Virus record (IMG/VR): IMGVR_UViG_2895055527_000002
Span: 1 to 64,000 of that record
Direction: 5' to 3' (one strand)
DNA from: a virus
Lineage: Duplodnaviria; Caudoviricetes
Length of the DNA: 64,000 nucleotides
Positions 37,188-47,274 of this stretch are shown here, in pieces. A model generated the notes under the pieces. It was not told where the DNA came from. It made no database searches and saw only the letters and a program-made list of their open reading frames with translations. Made by a program: the position numbers and the translations under genes. Each line of letters starts with the position of its first letter. Within the stretch, counting starts at the first letter, position 1.

Positions 37188-38161
37188 GCGCAACCAAAAT
37201 GCCATGGTTCCGTATGTACACGGACTTCCTCAATGATCCGAAGATGATCACGCTGGCCTTCGAGGATCAGCGCCATTTCATCGGACTCCTCGCCCTTAAG
37301 GGTGACGGCACTCTCGACAATCAATGCGACCCGGACCTCATGAACCGGATCATCGCACAACGACTCTGGATTGATTCCGCGGTTATCAAGGAGGTCAAGA
37401 AGCGCCTCGTCTTGGCGGGCCTGATCGACGATGACTGGCAGCCTCTCGCCTGGGAGAAGCGTCAGATGCGCTCAGATTCAAGCACTGAGCGTGTTCGCAA
37501 CTACCGCGCCAAGTCGAAACAGGCAGGAAACGAAGCTGGTAACGATGGTGAAACGTTACAGAAACGTTCCAGTAACGGCCTAGAGACAGAAGAAGATACA
37601 GATAAAGAAGAGAAGAAGAAAACCAAAGGCGCGCGCGCTTCGCGACGCGTTGAATCGACGATCGAGCTTCCTGACTGGCTATCCGGAGAGGCCTGGGGCA
37701 ACTGGGTGGCCTATCGCCGAAAGGGCAAAGCACCGTTCACCGATCACGCTGCCTCACTGTCGATCGAAGCACTCGACAAGCTTCGTGCAGACGGTCACGA
37801 CCCTGTTGCAGTGATCAACCAGAGCGTGCTGCGTGGTTGGACCGGACTGTTCCCGGTCAAGGACGCTGCCAATCCACAAGAGCAGGGCGGTGCGACATCG
37901 GGCGCTGGCGCGATCTGGTGGGAAACGATGTCTGGCATCGAAGCCAAGGGGGCGGAATTGGGCGTTGAGAAGCGGCCTGATTGGAACGGACGCGCATTCA
38001 TGATGCACGTCTTCCGCGCTGCTGGCCCCGGCCCTTGGATCGAGGCCGAACTCGCAAAGGCACAGAAGGCGAATCCGAACGAGTACGAGCGCGCATTTGC
38101 GTTCTTCCACGGTGTCTCGGCCACGAAGCTTGAGGAACTGCGCAAACGCGGCGCTGCATGA
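37184..38161 (+). CDS. Phage replication initiator
   Basis: MPWFRMYTDFLNDPK, WEKRQ..STERVRNYR, LPDWL..W..WVAYR, GWTGLF. Confidence 0.8.
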   Translation: MSATKMPWFRMYTDFLNDPKMITLAFEDQRHFIGLLALKGDGTLDNQCDPDLMNRIIAQRLWIDSAVIKEVKKRLVLAGLIDDDWQPLAWEKRQMRSDSSTERVRNYRAKSKQAGNEAGNDGETLQKRSSNGLETEEDTDKEEKKKTKGARASRRVESTIELPDWLSGEAWGNWVAYRRKGKAPFTDHAASLSIEALDKLRADGHDPVAVINQSVLRGWTGLFPVKDAANPQEQGGATSGAGAIWWETMSGIEAKGAELGVEKRPDWNGRAFMMHVFRAAGPGPWIEAELAKAQKANPNEYERAFAFFHGVSATKLEELRKRGAA

Positions 38162-38340
38162 CACAGGCCAAATGCTGGCGGCGCTTCGATGAAGCGGCAA
38201 GGGCGGCGCTAGCAGGGCGTGGCAACGACGCGAGAGCCTATTTCGCAGGTGTGAGGCGGCGCTGTGGTGACGAAGTGGCCGCTAGGCAAGAAAAGGAACT
38301 GAGGGCGTACATCGCCCACCTACGTGGAGAGCGGAAGTGA
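38158..38340 (+). CDS. Small phage protein
   Basis: Overlapping start and stop with neighbours. Confidence 0.55.
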   Translation: MTQAKCWRRFDEAARAALAGRGNDARAYFAGVRRRCGDEVAARQEKELRAYIAHLRGERK

Positions 38341-38771
38341 GGCAGGTCGAGTTTGTCGTCAACGGTAAGCCTGAGCCGAAAGGGCGCGCGCGCTTCGCGC
38401 GAATCCAGGGCCATGTGCGCACTTACACGCCAGCGAAGACTGCGGCATACGAGCGAGCGGTTGCAGCCGCTGCGTCTGACGCCATGGCGCAACAGCCAAT
38501 CTTCGTCGGTCCAGTGATGTTGCAAATCGGCATTCATCTGCCGATCCCGGAGAGTTGGTCGAAGAAGCGACGAGGGCGCGCGGCGACCGGCGAAATCGCG
38601 GCCACGAAAAAGCCCGACGCGGACAACGTGTTGAAGGCGATCAAGGACGGATTGAACGGCGTCGTTTATGTCGACGACAACCAGGTTATCGATTTACGGG
38701 TGCACAAGCGCTACAGCGACAAGCCGTGCGTGACAGTCCTTGCCATCGAGACGGAACTGGAGCGGGCATGA
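38337..38771 (+). CDS. rusA: RusA Holliday junction resolvase
   Basis: KPDADNVLKAIKDGLNGVVYVDDNQV. Confidence 0.92.
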   Translation: MRQVEFVVNGKPEPKGRARFARIQGHVRTYTPAKTAAYERAVAAAASDAMAQQPIFVGPVMLQIGIHLPIPESWSKKRRGRAATGEIAATKKPDADNVLKAIKDGLNGVVYVDDNQVIDLRVHKRYSDKPCVTVLAIETELERA

Positions 38772-39085
38772 AGCACGACATCCTTGAAAGCATGGATCTG
38801 GGTGTTTGGTATGCCTATGAGACTTTGGTGGCGCTCAGCGGTTTCTCGTTCTCGGGCGTCACGCGTGCCTGCTTGGAGCTCATCGAAGACGGCGTGCTTG
38901 AGGGCGAGATTTTCAACCACAAGAAGCGAGTACGTCTGGCAATGAGCCGACCGAAGTCGCTGCCCCGTAGATATGGATGTGTTCCAACCGTAGCCACGTC
39001 GCGGTTTGTGCCGCAGTGGTCGCCATTGAAGTCATACGACTCATACACGCACGGACTCAAAGCGCTCTGCGAGGTGACGCGTTGA
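38768..39085 (+). CDS. Phage hypothetical protein (wHTH-like)
   Basis: ATGA overlap with rusA. Confidence 0.55.
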   Translation: MKHDILESMDLGVWYAYETLVALSGFSFSGVTRACLELIEDGVLEGEIFNHKKRVRLAMSRPKSLPRRYGCVPTVATSRFVPQWSPLKSYDSYTHGLKALCEVTR

Positions 39086-39480
39086 GCCTGACGAGAAAGA
39101 AGCAGCTGCGTTCTACAACCCCGCTCAAGCGCTCGTCTTTCAAGTCGAAGGCCCGCAAGCGGGCAAAGAAAACCGAGCGTGAGTACATGGGGTTCGTCGC
39201 GGGCCTGTGTTGCATTGTCTGCCGCAACCTCGGGTTTGGAGACAGTCCGGCCGAAGTCCACCATGTGCGATTCCTGGCCGGAGGCGGGCAGCGATCAGCT
39301 CATACGGACACGATTCCACTGTGCCCCATGCACCATCGCGAAGGAGGATACGGCGTAGCGTTTCACGCTGGTCCCGCCGAGTTTCAGCGGCGATACGGCA
39401 CAGAGGCTGAGTTGCTTGCGCAGACGCGGATCGAAACAGCACACCGAATCTTCGCAAGTGTCGCACCGGAGGTGGCCTGA
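39082..39480 (+). CDS. Ref-like HNH recombination-enhancement nuclease
   Basis: CCIVC..AEVHH..TIPLCPMHHR..FQRRYGTE. Confidence 0.8.
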   Translation: MSLTRKKQLRSTTPLKRSSFKSKARKRAKKTEREYMGFVAGLCCIVCRNLGFGDSPAEVHHVRFLAGGGQRSAHTDTIPLCPMHHREGGYGVAFHAGPAEFQRRYGTEAELLAQTRIETAHRIFASVAPEVA

Positions 39481-39662
39481 TGGCAGTTCTACCCGCGCAC
39501 TTCTATCAGGATCCGGCAAAAGTCATTGAAATTGAGGAGAGCACAACATGCAAGGGCTGCTTACACAAGCTGACGCTATGGGGATTGGAGTATTGCGCCA
39601 AGGAGCAGACCAAGCCGGGTGCCAGGAACATGCGCCGCTGCAAACTGTACGAGGAAAAGTGA
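39480..39662 (+). CDS. Small Cys-rich phage protein
   Basis: TCKGC..YC..RRCKLY; coupled to neighbours. Confidence 0.6.
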   Translation: MAVLPAHFYQDPAKVIEIEESTTCKGCLHKLTLWGLEYCAKEQTKPGARNMRRCKLYEEK

Positions 39663-40021
39663 TGACCACGAAACGCGACCTCAACGCACTTTGCGAGGAC
39701 TGGGCGGCCTGGCACCGCACGCGGCGAATCTTCGTGCCACCGATGCCGAGTGGGGTGCTCGCTGGCATGCAGCCCCGTAAGGTTGGCCCTGAGCCGGACG
39801 CTATCTGCTCGTCGATGCTCAGCTTCTTCAACCTCGCAGTGCTATCACTACCCGAGAGCCCGGAGAAGGAAGCACTGTACCTGTTCTACATCCACCGCGT
39901 TTCTCATATCAAGCGCGTAGCCTCCGCGTTGGGGATCTCGCGCGATGCGTTTTATAAGCGCGTCGAAAGCGGTCGCTCGCAAGCGTATCGAGCATATTGC
40001 CGAATGGCCGAAAGCGCATAG
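39662..40021 (+). CDS. Q-like late antiterminator
   Basis: N-terminal CEDWAAW; C-terminal sigma-4-like HTH IKRVASALGISRDAFY; sits just before the late promoter and terminator. Confidence 0.65.
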   Translation: MTTKRDLNALCEDWAAWHRTRRIFVPPMPSGVLAGMQPRKVGPEPDAICSSMLSFFNLAVLSLPESPEKEALYLFYIHRVSHIKRVASALGISRDAFYKRVESGRSQAYRAYCRMAESA

Positions 40022-40027
40022 CGCCAC

Positions 40028-40072
40028 GCTATACATCTTCGGGCTATACAAATTCGGTAGAAAACGTATGAT
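40028..40072 (+). promoter_or_regulatory. Candidate late promoter pR' with a direct repeat
   Basis: GCTATACA at 40028 and 40043; TATGAT at 40067-40072. Confidence 0.45.
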
Positions 40073-40098
40073 TTCGGAAAGGCTGAATCAGTGCATCC

Positions 40099-40132
40099 AA
40101 AGCCCGCAAAGTGAAAGCTTTGCGGGCTTTTT
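40099..40132. terminator. Strong intrinsic terminator (tR'-like, bidirectional)
   Basis: AAAGCCCGCAAAG-tgaaag-CTTTGCGGGCTTTTT. Confidence 0.85.
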
Positions 40133-40135
40133 CGT

Positions 40136-40375
40136 TTATCCGCGCGCTTTCAGCATGGCGTCCGCGAAGCGATAGTAGAACTCAGCGCGCTTGAGTAGGG
40201 CATCGTCAGGCGCGTCGCTTCTCCAGGAATCGTCATTTGCGGAGTTGGCCGCGTCCCCAGCCATCAACTGTGCGGCGAAATAATCGCGAAGCGTCATTCC
40301 TTTGTTGGTTGGCACATGGCGATTGCCATGGACTTCGCACTCAGGAATAGGAAAAGCGTACGAATTTACGGACAT
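40136..40375 (-). CDS. Small phage protein (GMTLRDYFAA family)
   Basis: AAGGAG RBS; AFP..GMTLRDYFAA..ADAMLKAR. Confidence 0.75.
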   Translation of the reverse strand: MSVNSYAFPIPECEVHGNRHVPTNKGMTLRDYFAAQLMAGDAANSANDDSWRSDAPDDALLKRAEFYYRFADAMLKARG

Positions 40376-40523
40376 TGTGTTGATCTCCTTAGTATTTCCG
40401 GGATAGGCCGGAAACCTATTCTAACCGCGTGTGAATCTACGGCTTATCTCGCAAATCTTTGATCTTGTCCTCGCCTCGTGGCGTTTGCCCGCGCCGCAAT
40501 CGCGGTAGCGGGTCCATTCTTTC

Positions 40524-40910
40524 ATGGCACGTCTAAAGACACTAGGTTCGCGTTTGCCTGCGCTGAAAAGCCGTGTGGCCGTAGCTGAGCCGATGTCATG
40601 GAGAGTCGGGAAGAATGGGAGCACGGCTCGTGGCTATGACTACCAGTGGCAAAGGCTACGCGCGAAGCACCTTGCAGCACATCCGCATTGCGTGTTTTGC
40701 CTTCGTGATCTTGGGATGCTAGGCATGCTGCCTACCGAGGTTGTGCTCGCATGCGCGTCTCGTTGCGTCGCGGAGCCGTTAGGCAATATCGGCGATCACA
40801 TCGTGCCTCACCGTGGCAATGACCTGCTCAGGCTCGACCCGACCAACATCCAGACGCTTTGCAAACTGCATCACGATAGTGAAAAGCAGCGCGCCGAGCG
40901 CTCCCAATAG
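40524..40910 (+). CDS. Terminase-associated HNH endonuclease
   Basis: RGYDYQWQRLR..HPHCVFC..DHIVPHRG..NIQTLCKLHHD. Confidence 0.88.
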   Translation: MARLKTLGSRLPALKSRVAVAEPMSWRVGKNGSTARGYDYQWQRLRAKHLAAHPHCVFCLRDLGMLGMLPTEVVLACASRCVAEPLGNIGDHIVPHRGNDLLRLDPTNIQTLCKLHHDSEKQRAERSQ

Positions 40911-40985
40911 GGAGGGGGCGTCAAAAGTCTGAGCGTCCGCGGTGCCTAGACCGACCGTTCCCGCACGCGCAGAAAAAATCGCCGT
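40911..40985. other. Probable cos packaging region
   Basis: Between the HNH gene and terS; GGGGG..AAAAGT..GACCG..CACGCGCAGAAAAAA layout typical of HK97-like cos regions. Confidence 0.5.
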
Positions 40986-41021
40986 TTAAACACTTCTCGG
41001 AAATCAAACAGGGAAATTCAA

Positions 41022-41498
41022 ATGGCTGGTAAACCCAGTGGGCGCGGGGGTTCGCGACCGGGTGCCGGTCGTAAACCTAAGCCGCAAACCGACGAAATCA
41101 AACCTGCAAAGAATCAAACAGCAGGTGGTCGCGGCGGCGCCCGACCCGGAGCCGGTCGGAAGCCGAAGACCGACGCTCAACCGAAACCGGTCGCGCCGAG
41201 ACGGACCGCAAAGAAGGAAGAGCTGGAGCCGCAGGCACACGGCGGCGCACTGAAGCGCACGAAGGCGACACCGGTCCGGCTCGACGATCGGGACATGCTG
41301 ACGTTGATTCAAGACATCGCGCTTGGTCGCGTCGACGCAACGATGATTCAGGTCCGCGCCGCGACGGCGGCGCTACCGTTCCTCTATGCCAAGAAGGGAG
41401 AGGGCGGAAAAAAGGACGATCAAGCCAATCGGGCGCAGAAGGCGGCCAGCAAATTCGGTGCACTGGCACCGCCGCTGAAATTGGTCAACAGGAAATAG
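41022..41498 (+). CDS. Terminase small subunit
   Basis: Position before terL; duplicated GRGGxRPGAGRKPK; C-terminal ASKFG..PPLKLV. Confidence 0.8.
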   Translation: MAGKPSGRGGSRPGAGRKPKPQTDEIKPAKNQTAGGRGGARPGAGRKPKTDAQPKPVAPRRTAKKEELEPQAHGGALKRTKATPVRLDDRDMLTLIQDIALGRVDATMIQVRAATAALPFLYAKKGEGGKKDDQANRAQKAASKFGALAPPLKLVNRK

Positions 41499-41501
41499 CA
41501 C

Positions 41502-43217
41502 ATGGAATGGTCGACAGCGTGTCTCGATTGGGCCGAACGGCTCAAGGCGGGGCAGTCGATCATTCCGCCGCCGATCTTTCCCGAGCAAGCCGAGCAAGCG
41601 CTTGGCGTGTTCAAAGAATTGAAGATTGTCGATGCGCCTGGCAGCCCGACGTTTGGTGAATCGTCGGCGCAGTGGGTGTTTGACCTGGTCGCCTCGATCT
41701 TCGGCGCGTATGACGCCGACAGCGGTCGGCGGCTGATCACTGAGTGGTTCGTCTGCCTGCCGAAGAAGAACTCGAAGTCGACGTTGGCGGCCGGGATCAT
41801 GATGACGGCCATGATTCTAAACTGGCGGATGTCCGCCGAATTTGCGATTCTGGCCCCGACGATCGAGGTCGCGAACAACAGCTTTGCGCCCAGCCGGGAC
41901 ATGGTCAAGCATGAGGAAGAGCTTGATGACCTGTTCCAGGTCCAGGCGCACGTTAAGACCATCACCCATCGAACCATGGGTGCCACGCTCAAGGTGGTCG
42001 CAGCCGATTCGAATACGGTCGGCGGCAAGAAGAGCGTAGGCACCTTGGTTGATGAGGTGTGGCTATTCGGCAAGCAGCCGAACGCCGAGAACATGCTGCG
42101 CGAAGCGATTGGCGGCTTGGCCTCGCGCCCGGAAGGGTTTGTGATCTACCTGACGACGCAATCGGACGACCCGCCAGCCGGCGTGTTCGCGCAGAAACTG
42201 CGTTACGCGCGTGACGTGCGCGATGGGAAAATCCACGATCCGTGTTTCGTGCCCGTGATCTACGAACACCCGCCCGAGATGGTGAGGCGAAAGGAACACC
42301 TGCTCGCTGAAAACCTTGGGATGGTCAATCCGAACCTGGGTTACTCGGTCGACGAAGCGTTCTTGCTCCGCGAGTTTCGTAAGGCGCAAGAAGGCGGCGA
42401 GGAGTCCTTCCGGGGTTTCCTAGCCAAGCATGCAAACGTCGAAATCGGTCTCGCGCTTCGAAGCGATCGGTGGGCAGGCGCCGAATTTTGGGAGGCGGCG
42501 GCGCTGGCGCCGCACGTATCCCTTGACGAGTTGATCTCCCGTTGTGAGGTTATCGACGTCGGAATCGACGGTGGTGGCCTTGACGACTTGCTCGGCGGCG
42601 CAGCCGTCGGTCGCGAGCGTGGTACGCGGAATTGGCTCGCGTGGACTCACGCATGGGCGCATCCATCGGTTTTCGAGCGGCGCAAGGAAATCGCTGATCG
42701 CTTGCGTGACTTCGAACGCGACGGTGATCTGACCATCGTTGAGCAGATTGGCGATGATGTCGCTGACGTCGCAGAGATCGTATCCACCATCTATAAAGCT
42801 GGGTTGCTCGATATGGTTGGTGCGGACCCGGCCGGCATCGGCGGTGTGCTGGATGCACTTGCTGAGGCAGGTATCCCTGAAGAAAAGGTAATCGGCATTT
42901 CCCAAGGCTGGAAGCTGTCTGGCGCGATCAAAACGGCAGAACGGCGTATCGCGGCTGCCAGCGGTCGCCGAGTGCCCGATGGAGCGCAGACGTCCGACGG
43001 CATGCTAATGCACGGCGGTCAGCGCTTGATGGCCTGGTGCGTGGGCAATGCCCGGGTCGTGCCAGTGGGGAACGCGGTAAACATAACAAAGCAGGTCAGC
43101 GGGACGGGGAAGATCGACCCGCTGATGGCTCTCTTCAACGCGGTATCACTCATGGCGCTCAATCCACCGGCTCAAGGGCCGTCTGTGTATGAGTCGCGTG
43201 GTATCCGGTTCCTCTGA
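41502..43217 (+). CDS. Terminase large subunit
   Basis: LPKKNSKST Walker A, LVDEVW Walker B, GIDGGGLDD, KIDPLMA. Confidence 0.95.
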   Translation: MEWSTACLDWAERLKAGQSIIPPPIFPEQAEQALGVFKELKIVDAPGSPTFGESSAQWVFDLVASIFGAYDADSGRRLITEWFVCLPKKNSKSTLAAGIMMTAMILNWRMSAEFAILAPTIEVANNSFAPSRDMVKHEEELDDLFQVQAHVKTITHRTMGATLKVVAADSNTVGGKKSVGTLVDEVWLFGKQPNAENMLREAIGGLASRPEGFVIYLTTQSDDPPAGVFAQKLRYARDVRDGKIHDPCFVPVIYEHPPEMVRRKEHLLAENLGMVNPNLGYSVDEAFLLREFRKAQEGGEESFRGFLAKHANVEIGLALRSDRWAGAEFWEAAALAPHVSLDELISRCEVIDVGIDGGGLDDLLGGAAVGRERGTRNWLAWTHAWAHPSVFERRKEIADRLRDFERDGDLTIVEQIGDDVADVAEIVSTIYKAGLLDMVGADPAGIGGVLDALAEAGIPEEKVIGISQGWKLSGAIKTAERRIAAASGRRVPDGAQTSDGMLMHGGQRLMAWCVGNARVVPVGNAVNITKQVSGTGKIDPLMALFNAVSLMALNPPAQGPSVYESRGIRFL

Positions 43218-43224
43218 GGTGTGA

Positions 43225-44511
43225 ATGGGTTTCTTCGAACGTTTCCGTCGCGATAGTGCGCCGGAGGCCCAGTCACGTCGCCAGGAACCGACTATCAAAT
43301 CCGCACTGCCTACTGGCGATGCCGTGTTCACGGGGCTTGATGATCCTCGCCTGCTCGAATACATCCGCCGAGGTGAGTTGAACGGTGGCGTCGCTGCGCG
43401 AGAGGCGCATGCGCTCAGGAACACGGCGGTGCTTCGTTGCTGCACGCTGATTTCGCAGTCGATCGGCATGTTGCCGCTCAACCTGATCGCCAGCAACGAC
43501 ACCAAGCAGGTCCAGAAAGGCAACCCAGCGCACCGGCTACTTAAGTACCGCCCGAATAGCTGGCAGACGCCCCTGGAGTTCAAGAGTCTGCTGCAACTTC
43601 GCGCGATGCTCGACGGCCAGTCGTTCGCCCGCGTCATCTGGTCGGGAGACCGGCCCGTCATGTTGATCCCGATGGATCGTGGGTCGATCAAACCGCGCCT
43701 GGCCGACACGTGGCAGATGGTCTACGACTACACCTCGCCGGGTGGAAACCAGATCACGCTGCCTGCGCGTGAGGTGTTCCACCTGCGCGATCTGTCATTG
43801 GATGGGGTGAACGGCCTGTCGCGACCAAAGCTTTCGCGCGAAGCGCTTGAACTTGCAGAGCAGGCGGAGCGTGCCGCGTCGCGCACGTTCCGCACCGGTG
43901 TCATGGCCGGCGGCGTAATCGAGGTTCCGAAAGAGCTTTCCGACACCGCGTACAAGCGGATGAAGGAGTCTCTGAACGAAGACTACAGCGGGTCGGAGAA
44001 TGCCGGCCGATGGATGCTCGCTGAAGAAGGCGCTCAGGCGAAGCAATTCACCTCGACAGCCGTGTCGGCGCAGCAGATCGAGACGCGCAATCACCAGATC
44101 GAAGAAGTGGCCCGCACCTACGGCGTGCCGCGCCCGCTTCTGATGATGGACGACACGAGCTGGGGCAGCGGTATCGAGCAGCTCGCGATTTTCTTCATTC
44201 AGTACACACTCGCGCCGTGGTTCGTCGCGTGGGAGCAGGCCGCCGCGCGGCTGTTTATCCCCGATGCGCTGCTCGACGCGATCCAGTTCAAGTTCAACGA
44301 AGGCGCGCTGCTGCGCGGCACGCTCAACGACCAGGCGACGTTCTTTTCGAAGGCGCTGGGCGCCGGCGGCCAATCGCCGTGGATGTCGCAAAACGAGGTG
44401 CGTGAGATATCCGACCTGCCGAAGTCGAACGACCCGCAGGCTGACCAGCTTCGCAATCCGATGACACAGCAACCCAAGGTGAGCGGCAATGAGCCTCCTC
44501 AAACTGCCTGA
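43225..44511 (+). CDS. HK97-family portal protein
   Basis: RPNSWQTP, EVFHLR, IEEVARTYGVP, NEVR. Confidence 0.95.
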   Translation: MGFFERFRRDSAPEAQSRRQEPTIKSALPTGDAVFTGLDDPRLLEYIRRGELNGGVAAREAHALRNTAVLRCCTLISQSIGMLPLNLIASNDTKQVQKGNPAHRLLKYRPNSWQTPLEFKSLLQLRAMLDGQSFARVIWSGDRPVMLIPMDRGSIKPRLADTWQMVYDYTSPGGNQITLPAREVFHLRDLSLDGVNGLSRPKLSREALELAEQAERAASRTFRTGVMAGGVIEVPKELSDTAYKRMKESLNEDYSGSENAGRWMLAEEGAQAKQFTSTAVSAQQIETRNHQIEEVARTYGVPRPLLMMDDTSWGSGIEQLAIFFIQYTLAPWFVAWEQAAARLFIPDALLDAIQFKFNEGALLRGTLNDQATFFSKALGAGGQSPWMSQNEVREISDLPKSNDPQADQLRNPMTQQPKVSGNEPPQTA

Positions 44512-45328
44512 AATCCGAGCCGATCACCGGCTCAACAGCGCGCAATACGACGTGCGGCCCGATGCGCTGGAGCGTTGGGAGCCGGGCGTGCACGCTGCGG
44601 CCGGCGACGACTCTGCGTCGATCTCGATCTACGACTCGATCGGCGACAACTGGGAAGGCACCGGCATCACGGCGAAGCGCATCAGTGCAGCGCTGCGAAA
44701 CATCGGTGCGCGCGACCTCACGGTCAACGTGAATTCGCCTGGCGGTGACTTCTTCGAAGGCGTTGCGATTTACAACCTGCTGCGCGAGCACAAGGCCAAG
44801 GTCACGGTGAACGTGATGGGCATTGCCGCGTCGGCGGCTTCAGTGATTGCGATGGCGGGCGACGAGATCCTGATGGGTGATGGCGCCTTCCTGATGATCC
44901 ACAACGCATGGACGGTTGCAATCGGCAACCGGCACGACATCGCGCAGGCCGCCGAGGTACTGGCGCCGTTCGACGCAGCCATGGCGAAGGTTTATGCGCA
45001 GCGCGCGGGCATCTCGCAGGACGAAGCTGCCACGTTGATGGACAAGGAAACGTGGATCGGCGCGCAACAGGCCGTCGACGATGGCTTTGCAACTGGCCTG
45101 CTCGATAGTGCGAAGGTCGCCAAAGACACGAACGCGAGTGGCCGCAAGGCGCTTGCACTCATTGAGGCGTCGATGGCGCGCGCTGGTTATTCGCGCGGCG
45201 CTCGTCGTGACGCCATCAAAACCCTTTTCGACGGCACGCCGGGCGCTGCCGCTGGAACCGCCATGCCGGGCGCTGGCGAAGACGTTGCAGCCTCTCTGCA
45301 AAACCTCATCAACGCTCTTCAAGGATAA
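44489..45328 (+). CDS. ClpP-like head maturation protease
   Basis: VNSPGGD, AASAASVIAMAG, MIHNAW, ETWI. Confidence 0.95.
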   Translation: MSLLKLPEIRADHRLNSAQYDVRPDALERWEPGVHAAAGDDSASISIYDSIGDNWEGTGITAKRISAALRNIGARDLTVNVNSPGGDFFEGVAIYNLLREHKAKVTVNVMGIAASAASVIAMAGDEILMGDGAFLMIHNAWTVAIGNRHDIAQAAEVLAPFDAAMAKVYAQRAGISQDEAATLMDKETWIGAQQAVDDGFATGLLDSAKVAKDTNASGRKALALIEASMARAGYSRGARRDAIKTLFDGTPGAAAGTAMPGAGEDVAASLQNLINALQG

Positions 45329-45332
45329 GTCC

Positions 45333-46607
45333 ATGAGCAAGCAACGAATGATTTCCGCCCTCACGGCGGCCCTGGCCGGAACCTTCGCACCCGTGCCGCG
45401 CGGCATCATGTCTGTGCGCGCTGACACCGAAGTTAAAGCACTCGTCGAAGGCGTCAACCGCGCGTTCGAGGCATTCAAGGCCGAGCACACGAAGCAACTC
45501 GATGCCATGAAGGCTGGGCTGCCGGCATCGGACATTACCGCCAAGGTCGATAAGATCGGTGCGGATCTGGATTCGTTCCAGAAGGCGCTGGACGAACACA
45601 GCGTGAAGATGGCCGCGCTTGAAATGGGTGGCGCCGGCGGCAGTGCGAAGCTGCGCGATGCGGAATACACGGACGCCTTCAAGGCGCACGTGAAGAAGGG
45701 TGACGTTAGCGCGGCGCTGAATAAGGGCGCCGACGCTGAAGGCGGCTACCTGACGCCGATCGAGTGGGATCGCACCATCACCGACAAACTTGTTCTGATC
45801 TCGCCCATGCGCCAACTCGCGCAGGTGCAGTCGGTCTCGAAGGCGGGGTTCTCGAAGCTGTTCAACATGGGGGGTACCGGTAGCGGCTGGGTTGGTGAGA
45901 CGGCGGCACGCCCGCAAACGAATACGGCCACTTTCAAGCCGCTGACGTTCACGTCCGGTGAGATCTACGCCAACCCCGCCGCAACGCAGCAGATTCTCGA
46001 CGATAGCGAGATCGATCTAGAAACGTGGCTGGCGAACGAGGTGCAGACCCAGTTCGCGAAGCAGGAAGGGCTCGCCTTCCTCTCGGGGGACGGCACGAAT
46101 AAGCCGACGGGCATCCTGACGTATGTTGCTGGCGGAGCGAATGCCGCCGTGCACCCGTTCGGCGCGATCAGCGTCGTGAACAGTGGCGGCGCAGCGTCCA
46201 TCACGTCGGATGGCTTGATCGACCTGATTTACGACCTGCCGAGCGCCTTCACCGGTAACGCACGTTTCACGATGAACCGAAACACGCAACGTCTGGTTCG
46301 AAAGCTCAAAGACGGTCAGGGCAATTACCTGTGGCAGCCGTCGTTCGTCGCGGGGCAGCCGGCCACTCTTGCGGGCTATCCGGTGAGCGAAGTGCCCGAT
46401 ATGCCAGACGTTGCCGCGAACTCGACGCCGATCCTCTTCGGTGATTTCAAGCAGACGTATCTCATCGTCGATCGCATCGGCGTGCGTGTGCTGCGCGACC
46501 CGTACACGAACAAGCCTTACGTGCTGTTTTACACGACGAAGCGCGTCGGCGGCGGCCTGCTGAATCCCGAACCGATGCGAGCGCTTAAAGTCGCCGCTTC
46601 GGCTTAA
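45333..46607 (+). CDS. HK97-fold major capsid protein
   Basis: EGGYLTP, WVGET, GDGTNKPTG, KDGQGNYLW, FGDF. Confidence 0.95.
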   Translation: MSKQRMISALTAALAGTFAPVPRGIMSVRADTEVKALVEGVNRAFEAFKAEHTKQLDAMKAGLPASDITAKVDKIGADLDSFQKALDEHSVKMAALEMGGAGGSAKLRDAEYTDAFKAHVKKGDVSAALNKGADAEGGYLTPIEWDRTITDKLVLISPMRQLAQVQSVSKAGFSKLFNMGGTGSGWVGETAARPQTNTATFKPLTFTSGEIYANPAATQQILDDSEIDLETWLANEVQTQFAKQEGLAFLSGDGTNKPTGILTYVAGGANAAVHPFGAISVVNSGGAASITSDGLIDLIYDLPSAFTGNARFTMNRNTQRLVRKLKDGQGNYLWQPSFVAGQPATLAGYPVSEVPDMPDVAANSTPILFGDFKQTYLIVDRIGVRVLRDPYTNKPYVLFYTTKRVGGGLLNPEPMRALKVAASA

Positions 46608-46632
46608 TCGCGAGCAGCATGCAGGAGATCGG

Positions 46633-46660
46633 GGGCTCCTTCGGGAGCCCTTCTCATTTT
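46633..46660 (+). terminator. Hairpin/terminator after the capsid gene
   Basis: GGGCTCC-TTCG-GGAGCCC followed by TTCTCATTTT. Confidence 0.6.
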
Positions 46661-46671
46661 GCGAGGAAGAC

Positions 46672-46929
46672 ATGGCAAAGCTGATCAAGGCGTTTCTGGG
46701 GGTGCTGGACGGCGACATTTATCCGACCACGTTCGAAGCTGGCGACGAATGCCCGCCGGAACTGGAAGCTGGCGCGCGGGAGCTTGGAGCGCTCGGCGAC
46801 GAGTCGCTGGCGCCCGAGGAAATGACTGCCGCACAAATCAAGGCAGCGCTGGATGCCAAGGGTGTCGAGTACAAGGCAAGCGCGAGCAAGGCGGAATTGC
46901 TCGAACTGCTGAACGGGGCCGGAGAGTAA
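46672..46929 (+). CDS. Small head-associated protein with a HeH/LEM-like C-terminus
   Basis: MTAAQIKAALDAKGVEY..KAELLELL; GAGG RBS. Confidence 0.75.
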   Translation: MAKLIKAFLGVLDGDIYPTTFEAGDECPPELEAGARELGALGDESLAPEEMTAAQIKAALDAKGVEYKASASKAELLELLNGAGE

Positions 46930-46932
46930 AAG

Positions 46933-47274
46933 GTGCCGTTGGTTTCCATCGAACTTGCGACGAAGTTCGTTAAACAGGACCTCGGTGCTGATGACGACGT
47001 CGTGCAAATGGCGCTCGACGGCGCTACACAGTCCGCTATCGACTATCTGAATCGTCAAGTCTTCGAGACCGACGCCGCGTTGCAGGCCGCCGTTACGGCC
47101 GGTACGGCCGGTGAGAACCCGATGGTGGTGAATGCAGCGATTAAGGCGGCCATCCTGAAGACGACCGCTGAGTTGTACATGAACCGTGAGGATTCGAGCA
47201 TTGGGACCGTCGCTGAACTGCCGTTCAACGCGAAATCGCTCTTGCGGCCTCACCGAATCATTCCGGGGGTGTGA
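46933..47274 (+). CDS. Head-tail connector (gp6-like)
   Basis: AIDYLNR..IKAAIL..LYMNRE..LLRPHR. Confidence 0.9.
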   Translation: MPLVSIELATKFVKQDLGADDDVVQMALDGATQSAIDYLNRQVFETDAALQAAVTAGTAGENPMVVNAAIKAAILKTTAELYMNREDSSIGTVAELPFNAKSLLRPHRIIPGV

